A stretch of 32,000 bases of DNA. Origin: an uncultured archaeon. Lineage in GTDB: Archaea; Iainarchaeota; Iainarchaeia; Iainarchaeales; CSSED10-239. Below are positions 8,140-17,596 of this stretch, piece by piece (position 1 is the first letter of the stretch; each line of letters begins with the position of its first letter). The position numbers were made by a program, and so were the translations under genes. The stretch covers positions 1 to 32,000 of the forward strand of contig CAZCAP010000006.1 of assembly GCA_964496765.1 (NCBI GenBank). The letters are read 5' to 3'. Under the pieces are notes generated by a model. It made no database searches. It was not told the origin of the DNA and worked only from the letters and a program-made list of their open reading frames with translations.

Positions 8140-11118
8140 TTGATTTCCTCGGACTATTAGTATTAGTAGACTTAATCTCTCGTCGAAACTAGAAACTTAC
8201 ATCACTAACCTATCAAACCGGTCTTCTTCCGGAGTCCTTGTCTTCTCTTTCGAGAAGAATGGCTGTCTCGTTTTAGGGACCGCTTCGTTCTTAGATGCTT
8301 TCAGAACTTATCGGCAACAGCGTGGCTACTGGACAGTGCCTTGTCAGACAATCCATAGACTAGAGACTGCGACACCTCGTTCCTCTCGTACTAAAGGAAT
8401 CTTCCCCTCAGACAACCTGCACAACCAAAAGATAGGAACCAAACTGACTCGCATCGTTCTTAACCCAACTAATGTACGGCTTTAATGAGTGAACACCTCC
8501 ACCCTTGGCTACTTGTGCACAGCCAGGATGCCGTAAGCCGACAGCGAGGTAGCAAACCGCGGGGTCGATGTGAACTCTTACCCGCGACAACCCAGTTACC
8601 CCCAGGGTAAGTTCACTGTCAGACTAGGCCCCCATAAATAGGGACACTAGCGTTCGCTAAACCCAAGTTTCCTTCCAACGTTCCGTGCTTTTAGGAACAT
8701 TGTTAAGCCTGCTTTTGGTTTTGTCCTCTACGACTGATTTCTGACCAGTCTGAGCAGACCTTTGGACACCCCTGATATCCTTTCAGGGGTGTACCGCCCC
8801 AGTCCAACCACCAAATCAAATGCTGTCCGTCTCCAAGAGACGTAAGATGTATTTTTCCCACTAGATGGTGTTACATTGGTGTCTATCTACTCCCTAGCGA
8901 AAGTAGCTTAAGCGACTCCCATCTACGCTCTATAGCAAGAATAATACAACAACATCAGACTGTGGTAAACCTCCGTGGGGTCTTATCCTCCCTTTGGTTG
9001 TCCGTGGCGTATTCACCACGAGTGCACGTTCACTAGGTCCAAACCAGGGACAGTGACGATCTCGTTACTTCCTTGATGCAAGCCGACATTTAATCGGCAA
9101 GGTATTACGCTACCATGAGAGCCTCAGAGTTAGGCCCGCTCTTTACCAGCGCTTAGATCAGTTGGAACTGATGTTCACGTACTAGCAGTGAGCAGAAGTC
9201 AGTGACTATACACACCGTTTCCGGCTAGCAGTCACCTGTGTTTTTGTTAAACAGTCGGACCATCTTTGTAATTAAAACTTACAGTTTACATAACCGTAAG
9301 CACCCCTTGTACCGAAGATACAGGGCTAATTTGCCGAATTCCCTTGGTTTGGTTCTCCTATTACGCCTAAGCCTACTCAGCTAGGGACACCTTTCTCAGT
9401 TCTTGGTACGAGCAATAAAACACTGTATAGTTTTCTTTTCATGGGCCCTTGACGACAATGAAAGGTTTCCCCCATTCGTACATTAATCTCTTTCTCATTA
9501 TTACAATTCTCCAGAGATTTGTGGCACTTAGATATGAAGACTTTCATACTCCACCTTGCCAAAAGCGTTAAAAACTATACTTGCGTTGCCACACGTGCAT
9601 TATTGGTACAGGAATATGAACCTGTTTCCCTTTCAGATGTTTTCGAGTTACGAAGATCTTTAGGATCGACTTACCCTTAGCTAAAAATTAGTGCTAAGGA
9701 ACCCTTGCCCTTTCGGCGGAAATGATTCTCACATTTCTTTGATGTTACTGACACGAGGATCCATATCTTTGACAGATCCAGTAGACGTTACCGCCTACCT
9801 TCTGCTCTATCAAAGCACCTATCTACCAGATCACAGATTATCTGTGCTCTACGATTTCGGCAACTAGTTTAGCCCCGTTAATTTTCAGGGCAAAATACCA
9901 TAGATTGGTGAGCTATTACGCACTCTTTAAAGGATGGCTGCTTCTAAGCCAACCTCCCAATTGTATTTGGTAAATCACTCCTTTCAAGTTCACACTTAAC
10001 TAGTATTTAAGGGCCTTAATCGTAGTTCGGGTTTTTTCCCTTTTGGAATAGAGGCTTATCCCCCACCCCCTGCTCCGGCCTTCTAAGAAGAATAACAGAT
10101 TCGGAGTTTGACAAGGAAGGTAAGAATTTCTCCCCAGTACTTCCTAATCAGTATCTCTACCCCGTTATCATTCTCCAGCCAGGCTAACCTAAGAGTTATT
10201 TTGATAGGAGCCCGCTATCAGCAGGTTAGATAACCTTATCAGTCCTACACTCAAATCACACAAACAGTTAGACTGGAACTGCTGCTGGCCTCCACCAACC
10301 AGACGGTCGGTTTCACCATGTTCAAGCGTTTATCACCTGCTTTCGGGTCTTGTTCATATGACTAAAAGGCACATTAACACCTCTTGCCTGGAAATTTTGC
10401 GCAAAATCGGTTTCCCTATGACACAGTGACTTCATCACTTAATCTTGCCACATAAACAAACTCCCTCGCCCGTGCTTCTTGACGGACAGTATGACATTGA
10501 TCAAACAGAACACGCTTATGCTGTTACCAACACTCACTTATTGTCTGTCTTCATTCCTTTCATGCCATACCCGAACTGTTGCTAATTAGTTTCAAGTGCT
10601 TTTAACCCCCCGCTAGGGGTACTTTTCAACATTCCTTCGCAGTACTCGTTTACTATCGGTCTTGTAATATATTTAGAATTAGCAGTAAATGTCTGCTGTA
10701 TTCCTACGCGATATCCGACGCGCAGTACTCTCGAACAGTAGCAATCATCTATTGTCACCTTATTTCTACGGGACCATCACCCTCTATGGTATATCTTTCC
10801 AGATAACTTCGATTTGAGTGCACTAGATGTAACTACCTCTTAACACCACATGTCTCATATATTACTATATGAGATTCGGTTTGTTCTTCACTGCTTTCGG
10901 TCGACCCTATTTACAGTATCACTATTGTTTTCTTTTCCTCTAGGTACTAAGATGCTTCAATTCCCTAGGTTACCCTCCAACCTCCTTTATGAGATTGGAT
11001 AATTCAAGAATCTTGGGATCAAAGGCTGCATGCGCCTACCCCAAGCTTATCGCAGCTTGCCACGCTCTTACTCGGTTTACAAGCCAAGTTATCCACTAAT
11101 TAGCTTAATTGAAATCAA
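8140..11118 (-). rRNA. 23S (LSU) rRNA, archaeal type
   Basis: The reverse complement contains GCGUGGCAAGCUGCGAUAAGC (plus 11045-11065), the sarcin-ricin loop AGUACGAGAGGAAC (plus 8379-8392) and the A-loop GGUGUUCAC (plus about 8488-8499). The 5' UUGAUUUC (11111-11118) can pair with GAAAUCAA (8140-8147) as helix 1. Ends are approximate (+/-15 nt). The region is GC-richer than its flanks. Confidence 0.92.
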
Positions 11119-11160
11119 AGAAAATGCAAGAATTCTTATATTTGACGTATATATAGAACA

Positions 11161-11183
11161 TGCATTACAACTACAAATATCAC
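11161..11183 (-). repeat. 5' arm of the 23S rRNA processing helix
   Basis: TGCATTACAACTACAAATATCAC pairs with 8067-8091 as 20 bp, then a 2-nt bulge, then 3-4 bp. Confidence 0.8.
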
Positions 11184-11531
11184 AACTTCTTTCATCCTGT
11201 TTTAAGATAGTCAAAAAATGTTTGATATTAAAAAACAGTCAAAACCGCCTAATTACCTTACGGCCTGAAAAAACTCAGCGCGGTAATATAATACTGGAGT
11301 AGGAATGTTTAAAAAGGTATCTGCTGTTTCCCTCATAGATTTTTAGAGATTAATTAAAAGGAGCCTTATTAAACCTTTTTTTTAAATTTAAATAAATTTA
11401 AACCGTCTATATCAAACTAAATCCCAAAATTAACCTTTAAATATCTAATATAACTTATTAAAGATATATAATAAAATTATTAAAAATTTAAATAGTAAAC
11501 CCAGAGTTGTTTATCATAATATATTTTTGAT

Positions 11532-11954
11532 TTAAACTGCTCTAACAAACTTACATTCCTGATTAACTTCAACAAAATGCTTAACTTCTCCAGTTATACA
11601 ACTTTGACATTGATTCTGTTCCTTATTATCAATTAACTTAACTCTTGGATTATGAACAACATCACAGGCCCACCCTTCTACAATCTCATCAGATAAACAA
11701 GGACCTTCTGAAAGTATTGTTCCTTTACTTTGTTCTTTAATACATAAATTAACACAATCAATGCTTGCTACTTCTTTATTAGCCATTAGATCATCAGGTA
11801 AAGACATATAATAACTATAAACTCCAGCTAAAATGATTAGGATTGCAACAAAAATATACGCAGAAATAGGAATCTTTCTTTTTGGTTTTTTATTTGGGTC
11901 TAAATCTTCTTGCAAAGCACACCATCTCTTTTGATTTTTAACTAATATATACAA
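11532..11954 (-). CDS. Small Cys-rich membrane-anchored/secreted protein
   Basis: One TM (ISAYIFVAILIILAGVYSYY) followed by about 90 aa containing 10 Cys. There is no ATG before the TM, so a TTG start (11954 or an internal TTG) is required. The start is uncertain. Confidence 0.5.
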   Translation of the reverse strand: MYILVKNQKRWCALQEDLDPNKKPKRKIPISAYIFVAILIILAGVYSYYMSLPDDLMANKEVASIDCVNLCIKEQSKGTILSEGPCLSDEIVEGWACDVVHNPRVKLIDNKEQNQCQSCITGEVKHFVEVNQECKFVRAV

Positions 11955-11997
11955 AGATAAGATATTTAAATAGATTTTATTATATAATTAAGTAACT

Positions 11998-12819
11998 ATG
12001 ATTAAAAAAGTATCATTTATTATTGGATTAATTATATTTCTATACAGTATAATTACAGCAATTTTCTTTAATAATAATAGATTCTATGTATTCTTTTGCT
12101 TAGGATATTTACTTATATTAGATTACATAAACTATAAAACCCAAAAAAAATCCATACTAGAAGAATTAATTAAGTCTAAAAATAAGATTTATTATTTCCT
12201 TGCTGGTTCTCTATTGTTTGCATTTGCTGTAGATTATCTCTATGGAGTACTATTGTTCAATATTTGGATATGGAAGTATTATACAACCTTTAATTATATA
12301 ATTTTATATACTTTAATTAATTTCTTTTTCATACTTATCTGCTATGAATTATTTGTTTTTGTAAAATACAAGCTAAAGAAAAAGATTAGGGGAAAAAAAA
12401 TTAAACTAACCTACTATAAAAAAAATAAAATTCAAAACAAACTATGGTTATTTGGGATATTATTTTTAGTATTACCTTATTTTTATTTCGTGAATATAAG
12501 TAAAGGAACAGGAATAGTAATGGTTTTACCATTCATAGCCATATTACTATTATCGGATTTATTTTTATCTAAATATCAAACCCCCTATATTCTTAGAATA
12601 TTTAAAGATAAATTAACAATATTTACAACACTTATAACTACAATAATCTTGTTTATTACACATGAATTAATAAATATATTTGGAAGGGAATGGGGTTATC
12701 TTAATTTACCCTTTAGACTTTTTTCAATTTATGGAGTTCCAATAAGTGCATTCCTTGGATGGATACTATTAGTTCTATTTTGTGTATCTTTTGTTTCTTG
12801 GATTTTTGAGATTAAATAA
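11998..12819 (+). CDS. Polytopic membrane protein
   Basis: 273 aa with several hydrophobic segments separated by Lys-rich loops. ATG start. Confidence 0.65.
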   Translation: MIKKVSFIIGLIIFLYSIITAIFFNNNRFYVFFCLGYLLILDYINYKTQKKSILEELIKSKNKIYYFLAGSLLFAFAVDYLYGVLLFNIWIWKYYTTFNYIILYTLINFFFILICYELFVFVKYKLKKKIRGKKIKLTYYKKNKIQNKLWLFGILFLVLPYFYFVNISKGTGIVMVLPFIAILLLSDLFLSKYQTPYILRIFKDKLTIFTTLITTIILFITHELINIFGREWGYLNLPFRLFSIYGVPISAFLGWILLVLFCVSFVSWIFEIK

Positions 12820-12876
12820 AATAGTTTGCTTTTATATTCCTTTCTTGACATAAATATATCTAGAAAAGTGATATTT

Positions 12877-14076
12877 ATGTTAGTTGGAATTGTGGGTAAA
12901 CCTAACGTTGGTAAAACAACCTTCTTTAAAGCTTTAACAATGATGGATGCTCAAGCAGCAAACTATCCATTTACAACAATAGACCCAAACAAAGGTGTTG
13001 GATTTGTTAGAAATAATTGTATAGATTCTCTTTTTAATACGCAATGCAATCCAAGAACAGGCTTTTGTAAAAATCATATTAGATACCTATCTGTTGATGT
13101 TATTGATGTTGCTGGACTAGTTCCTGGTGCAAGTGAAGGAAGAGGATTAGGTAATAAATTCTTAACAGACCTAAATCAAGCAGATGCTCTTATTCAGGTA
13201 ATTGATATTTCTGGTGGAACTGATGAAGAAGGAAGAAGTGTAAAGGCTGGATCCTATGATCCTTCTCTTGAAATTAAATTTCTTCTAACTGAGATTGAAC
13301 AATGGTTATATGGCATATTCAAGAAAAACTTCGAAAAGCTTGGAAGAGAGCAAAAAATGAGAAAAACAAAAACAGTAACTACTCTTATGTCATTTATGAA
13401 TGCAACCCTTGGAACCAAGGAAGAAGATCTAGAAGAAATATTAATTAAGCTTAAACTAAAAGATAAAGAAATAATTGATTGGACAGAAGAAGAACTAATG
13501 ATGTTCACAAGAACAATAAGAGAAAGATCAAAACCAATTATTATTGCTGCAAACAAGATTGATGTTCCTGGAGCAAAAGACATTTATGAAAGAGTTAAGA
13601 AAGAGTTTCCTAACACCACAATCATTCCCTGCTCTGCTGAATCTGAATATGCACTAAAGGCAGCAGATAAGGCACATGTCATTGATTATCTTCCAGGAGC
13701 TAAATCATTTAAGCTATTAAAGGAAGATCTTTCAGATAAGCAAAAGAATGCTCTTGAATTTATACAAAAAAATATTCTTGATGTTTATGAAGAAACTGGA
13801 GTTCAGAGTGTAATTGATAAGATTGTGTTTGATGTATTAAAATATATTGCAATATATCCAGGAGGAACAAAGGGATTAGGAGATAAGGAAGGAAATATTC
13901 TTCCTGATTGTTTTCTAATGCCTCCAGGAACCAAGGCAATTGATTTTGCTTACAAGCTTCACACTGACTTTGGAAAAAACTTCATAAAAGCAATAGATGT
14001 TAAAACAAAAATGCTTCTTGGAAAAGATCATCCATTAAAAAACAATGATTGCATAGAAATAGTTGCTGGAAAATAA
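12877..14076 (+). CDS. ychF: Obg-family GTPase/ATPase, YchF-type (archaeal about 400-aa form with a TGS-like C-terminus)
   Basis: Motifs: G1 GKPNVGKTT, YPFTTIDPN, G3 DVAGLV, G4 NKID. Start set at the ATG giving MLVGIVGKPNVGKTT; the upstream extension in the track begins at a non-ATG codon. Confidence 0.85.
   Translation: MLVGIVGKPNVGKTTFFKALTMMDAQAANYPFTTIDPNKGVGFVRNNCIDSLFNTQCNPRTGFCKNHIRYLSVDVIDVAGLVPGASEGRGLGNKFLTDLNQADALIQVIDISGGTDEEGRSVKAGSYDPSLEIKFLLTEIEQWLYGIFKKNFEKLGREQKMRKTKTVTTLMSFMNATLGTKEEDLEEILIKLKLKDKEIIDWTEEELMMFTRTIRERSKPIIIAANKIDVPGAKDIYERVKKEFPNTTIIPCSAESEYALKAADKAHVIDYLPGAKSFKLLKEDLSDKQKNALEFIQKNILDVYEETGVQSVIDKIVFDVLKYIAIYPGGTKGLGDKEGNILPDCFLMPPGTKAIDFAYKLHTDFGKNFIKAIDVKTKMLLGKDHPLKNNDCIEIVAGK
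14057..14076 (+). repeat. Direct repeat copy 1 (AAATAGTTGCTGGAAAATAA)
   Basis: Identical 20-mer to 14710-14729. It encodes the last residues IVAGK plus the stop of the GTPase gene. Confidence 0.9.
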
Positions 14077-14084
14077 AGAGAATT

Positions 14085-14729
14085 ATGAAACAAGTCTATT
14101 TTGTTAAATCACTGGAAGATGATTTTGCTACTAAAACAGTTATTGGTAAGAAAAAAGTTAATTGCCAAACTATTGATAATATTATTAAAATCAACACCAT
14201 TATTCCAAACACACTAAGCTTTGGAAGAATAAAAAGACTTGCATGTACTCTTCTTGACAAAAACTATACAAAGACCTATCGTTCTCAAGGAATTATATTT
14301 CAAACAAAGCAAACCCCTAATTACATTGCTCCTTTTGATATAATATTATTAACAAATGCAAACAATATTGTAGTTCAATATTATAGAATACAGAATAATC
14401 TACATATTTATTATAATCATAACCTGATAAAAGGTGCTGAAAAATTTATATTTAAAGACTTTACAAAAATGATTAAAAAACATAAAACACCAACAGATAC
14501 ATGGAAACAAATAAACAAATTCAGAAAAAAAAATGGATTTAAGGAACTTTCAAAATCCAAATTTAAACTTGTAGAATATAATGAAGCAATATTTCAAATG
14601 AAGGTTAAGATTAAGCCTATTGCTATTTTTGGATATAAACAAATTGCAAAAGATGTGGCTATAAAGCATCATCTCCCACATTATAAGTCCGCAAAGCTGT
14701 TTTATGAAAAAATAGTTGCTGGAAAATAA
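14085..14729 (+). CDS. Hypothetical protein (gene bracketed by 20-bp direct repeats)
   Basis: 214 aa from the ATG at 14085 (MKQVYF...). No motif recognised. Ends ...EKIVAGK, the same terminal pentapeptide as the upstream gene. Confidence 0.55.
   Translation: MKQVYFVKSLEDDFATKTVIGKKKVNCQTIDNIIKINTIIPNTLSFGRIKRLACTLLDKNYTKTYRSQGIIFQTKQTPNYIAPFDIILLTNANNIVVQYYRIQNNLHIYYNHNLIKGAEKFIFKDFTKMIKKHKTPTDTWKQINKFRKKNGFKELSKSKFKLVEYNEAIFQMKVKIKPIAIFGYKQIAKDVAIKHHLPHYKSAKLFYEKIVAGK
14710..14729 (+). repeat. Direct repeat copy 2 (AAATAGTTGCTGGAAAATAA)
   Basis: Identical 20-mer to 14057-14076, again in frame as IVAGK plus stop. Confidence 0.9.
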
Positions 14730-14739
14730 GCAACCATTT

Positions 14740-16941
14740 TTACAATTTTTTTCTTTTTAGAAGTAATGAGTTTGTTACAACACTCACACTGCTTAAGGCC
14801 ATTGCTCCTCCTGCAATTATTGGAGAAAGAAGCCAACCTGTTGATAAATAAAGAACTCCTGCAGCAACTGGTATTCCAATTACGTTATAGAAAAGAGCCC
14901 AGAACATATTTTGTTTGATCTTTCTCATTGTTTGTTTTGATAACCTAATTGCTTTTGGAACATCCTGCAAATCACTTTTCATTAGAACAATGTTTCCTGT
15001 TTCCATTGCAACATCTGTTCCTGAACCCATTGCTATTCCAATGTCTGCCTGGGCAAGTGCTGGAGAATCATTTATTCCATCTCCAACCATTCCAACCTTG
15101 TACTTTCCATTCTCCTGGAGCTTCTTAACATAGCTTGCTTTGTCTTCAGGAAGAACTTCAGAAAACACATTATCAATTCCAACCTGCTTTGCAATAGCAT
15201 TTGCAGTTCTCTTGTTATCCCCAGTAATCATGTATGTAATTATTCCTAATTTCTTAAGCTCGCTAACTGCTTTTGGAGATGATTTTTTAATTACATCTGC
15301 AACTCCAATAATTCCAAGAACTTTTTTTTCATCACTTAGCATCATCACTGTCTTTCCTTTGGTTTCAAGCTCCTGCATTTTTTCTAAAAACATTTTGTGT
15401 GGTATATTCTTCTGTGTCATAAGCTTGGTGTTCCCAAAGTAATAGGTTTTACTATTTAATTTTGCAGTTATTCCATAACCTGATATTGCTTTAAAGTTTG
15501 TTGTATTTTTAAAACTTATTTTTTTCTCTTTTCCATAATTAACAATTGCTTCTGCAAGAGGATGCTCTGAATATTTTTCAATGCTTGCTGCAATTTCTAA
15601 AAATTGATTGTTTGTTATTCCTTTACTTGTAAGAATATCAGTAACAACTGGTTTACCTATGGTTATTGTCCCAGTTTTATCAAATATCATGTACTTTAAT
15701 TTATGCGCAGTTTCTAGGGCATCTCCACCCTTGATTAGTATGCCATTTTCTGCACCCTTACCTGTTCCAACCATTATTGCTGTGGGGGTAGCAAGCCCTA
15801 AAGCGCAGGGGCATGCAATAACAAGAACACCAACTGCAATTAGTATAGAGAACGCAAGGGTTTCACCCATCAATATATACCAAATAAGACCAGACACCAA
15901 AGCAATCCCAATCACAATGGGAACAAAATAGGATGAAACATTATCTGCAAACCTTTGAATTGGGGCTTTCTTTCCTTGTGCATCCTCAACAAGCTTAATT
16001 ATGTGTGCAAGAGTTGTATCTTTTCCAACTTTTGTTGCTTTAATTTTTAAACTTCCATGCTTATTAATGGTTGCACCAATAACAAAGTCTCCTTTCTTTT
16101 TTTCTAGAGGTATACTTTCTCCTGTTATCATGCTTTCATCAATGGATGAAATTCCTTCTATAATTATTCCATCAACTGGTATTTTTTCTCCTGGTTTAAC
16201 TAAAAAGACATCTCCAACCCTTAGATCCTCAACAGAAACAATTATCTCTTTATTGTTTTTAATTACAATAGCAGTCTTTGGAGACAAATTAATTAATTTT
16301 TTAATTGCATCACTTGTTCTGCCTTTTGCAATTGCTTCAAGAAGCTTTCCTAGCAACACAAGAGTAATTAATATTATTGATATTTCAAAATATTGCATAC
16401 TCCCTGGATTAAATAAAACATTGTACACACTTAATAGGTAGGCTGATAGGGTTCCAATGGATACAAGAGTATCCATGTTTGCACTTTTATTTTTAAGTGC
16501 ACCCCAGGCACCTCTATAGAATCCCCAACCAGCAATAAATTGAACTGGAGTGGCTAGTAGAAATAAAATATAATCCATGTATGGAACTTCTATGGAGAAC
16601 CATCCTAGAAACATCATAGCTAGAGTTGGGATTGCAAACATTAGAGAAAACATAAATAATTTTTTAAGCTTATTAAAATCTCTCTTTTTTTCTTCTTTTA
16701 GTTTATTTGTATCCTGATCCTGATTAATTAATTTCGCACCATATCCTCTTCCCTCTATTGTTTTTATAATATCTAATGGAACAATTATTTGTTCATCATA
16801 GGTTATGGTTGCTTTTTCTGTAGTTAAATTTACATTTGATGAAAGAACGCCTTCTTTTTTATTTAGTCCGTTTTCTATTATTGTTGCACAGCTCGCACAA
16901 TGCATTCCTTTAATTGATATATTAATCTCTTTTTTGTTCAT
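14740..16941 (-). CDS. copA: Copper-translocating P1B-type ATPase
   Basis: Motifs: N-terminal [15 protein letters not shown], transmembrane CPC ([11 protein letters not shown]), [20 protein letters not shown]. 733 aa. Confidence 0.95.
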   Translation of the reverse strand: MNKKEINISIKGMHCASCATIIENGLNKKEGVLSSNVNLTTEKATITYDEQIIVPLDIIKTIEGRGYGAKLINQDQDTNKLKEEKKRDFNKLKKLFMFSLMFAIPTLAMMFLGWFSIEVPYMDYILFLLATPVQFIAGWGFYRGAWGALKNKSANMDTLVSIGTLSAYLLSVYNVLFNPGSMQYFEISIILITLVLLGKLLEAIAKGRTSDAIKKLINLSPKTAIVIKNNKEIIVSVEDLRVGDVFLVKPGEKIPVDGIIIEGISSIDESMITGESIPLEKKKGDFVIGATINKHGSLKIKATKVGKDTTLAHIIKLVEDAQGKKAPIQRFADNVSSYFVPIVIGIALVSGLIWYILMGETLAFSILIAVGVLVIACPCALGLATPTAIMVGTGKGAENGILIKGGDALETAHKLKYMIFDKTGTITIGKPVVTDILTSKGITNNQFLEIAASIEKYSEHPLAEAIVNYGKEKKISFKNTTNFKAISGYGITAKLNSKTYYFGNTKLMTQKNIPHKMFLEKMQELETKGKTVMMLSDEKKVLGIIGVADVIKKSSPKAVSELKKLGIITYMITGDNKRTANAIAKQVGIDNVFSEVLPEDKASYVKKLQENGKYKVGMVGDGINDSPALAQADIGIAMGSGTDVAMETGNIVLMKSDLQDVPKAIRLSKQTMRKIKQNMFWALFYNVIGIPVAAGVLYLSTGWLLSPIIAGGAMALSSVSVVTNSLLLKRKKL

Positions 16942-16999
16942 AAATTCCCTCTTTCATCATATTAGCATATTATTTTGTTTAATTAAAGATCAATTGATT

Positions 17000-17554
17000 T
17001 TATTGCCCACATCCACATCCTCCTGTTGATGGTGGACTTGTTTCTTTCGCATTTAAGATTGCTGCTTCTGTGATTGCATTTGTTACACCCTCAGAACTAA
17101 CTGAGAAGAAACCTCTTCCCATGTTCATTGAGCATGCAATTAGAAAGGTTCCTTCCTTATTAGGTGTAAACTCAATTATGTTATCTGTTGGAGTAACATA
17201 TTTTCTAACACCGAAATCTCCAATAACTACACTTCTCATACACCCATCAACAGTTTCAGTATCCACTGTGATTTTTACAGGAATACCCTTCTTCAATGTA
17301 TTTGGGGTAAGCACATATTCATAGTTTTCAAACCTCAAAATTGCTGTTTGTGTTTCTTGTTTTGCATTTAATTGACTAGTGTTTGATAAAGTTGTAGAAT
17401 TTGATAGAGTATTGGTTGTGTTTGTTGTACTATTGTTTGTGATTGTTTTTGATGGAGTAGTGAATGCATAGGCAGATATAATTCCAAAAACTACAATTAT
17501 TGCAATAACTACTAAACCCAAAACTAGAGTTCTTTTCTTTTCTTTTTTTTCCAT
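17000..17554 (-). CDS. Membrane-anchored cupredoxin-like metal-binding protein
   Basis: N-terminal TM, then an Asn/Thr/Ser-rich linker (NNSTTNTTNTLSNSTTLSNTS). A roughly 90-aa beta domain carries DGCMRSVV and ACSMNMGRGFF, a Cys/Met pattern recalled from cupredoxin_1-type domains next to copper ATPases. C-terminal GGCGCGQ. Confidence 0.5.
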   Translation of the reverse strand: MEKKEKKRTLVLGLVVIAIIVVFGIISAYAFTTPSKTITNNSTTNTTNTLSNSTTLSNTSQLNAKQETQTAILRFENYEYVLTPNTLKKGIPVKITVDTETVDGCMRSVVIGDFGVRKYVTPTDNIIEFTPNKEGTFLIACSMNMGRGFFSVSSEGVTNAITEAAILNAKETSPPSTGGCGCGQ

Positions 17555-17596
17555 AGTTTATTTCTCCTTTTTAATTAATTATTCTTTTTTTATTTA

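Noticed and set aside
8408-11302. ORFs 8408-8590(-), 9377-9562(-) and 11030-11302(+) from the six-frame track
   Set aside because: They lie inside, or overlap the 5' end of, the 23S rRNA gene. Their amino-acid composition is atypical and no RBS is present, so they are spurious.
13254-13583. 109-aa ORF antisense to the GTPase gene; the same applies to 24945-25379, 23047-23253, 23599-23814, 28150-28362, 28984-29175, 31027-31320, 4928-5158, 17070-17324, 17943-18185 and 18299-18505
   Set aside because: All are antisense to longer ORFs that have family motifs or a coherent architecture.
16954-16960. AUGAUGA (minus strand) just upstream of the copA start, considered as a C box
   Set aside because: No CUGA D/D' boxes occur at guide spacing and there is no terminal stem. 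The sequence is part of the copA 5' leader next to its GAGGG RBS.
16989-16998. 10-nt palindrome ATCAATTGAT between the cupredoxin-like gene and copA
   Set aside because: It is short and AT-rich, so it is expected by chance at this composition. It also overlaps the end of the upstream gene.
14915-17029. Five plus-strand ORFs (72-146 aa) across copA
   Set aside because: They are antisense to a full-length, motif-complete P-type ATPase. Their hydrophobic, low-complexity translations are typical of the reverse frames of membrane-protein genes.
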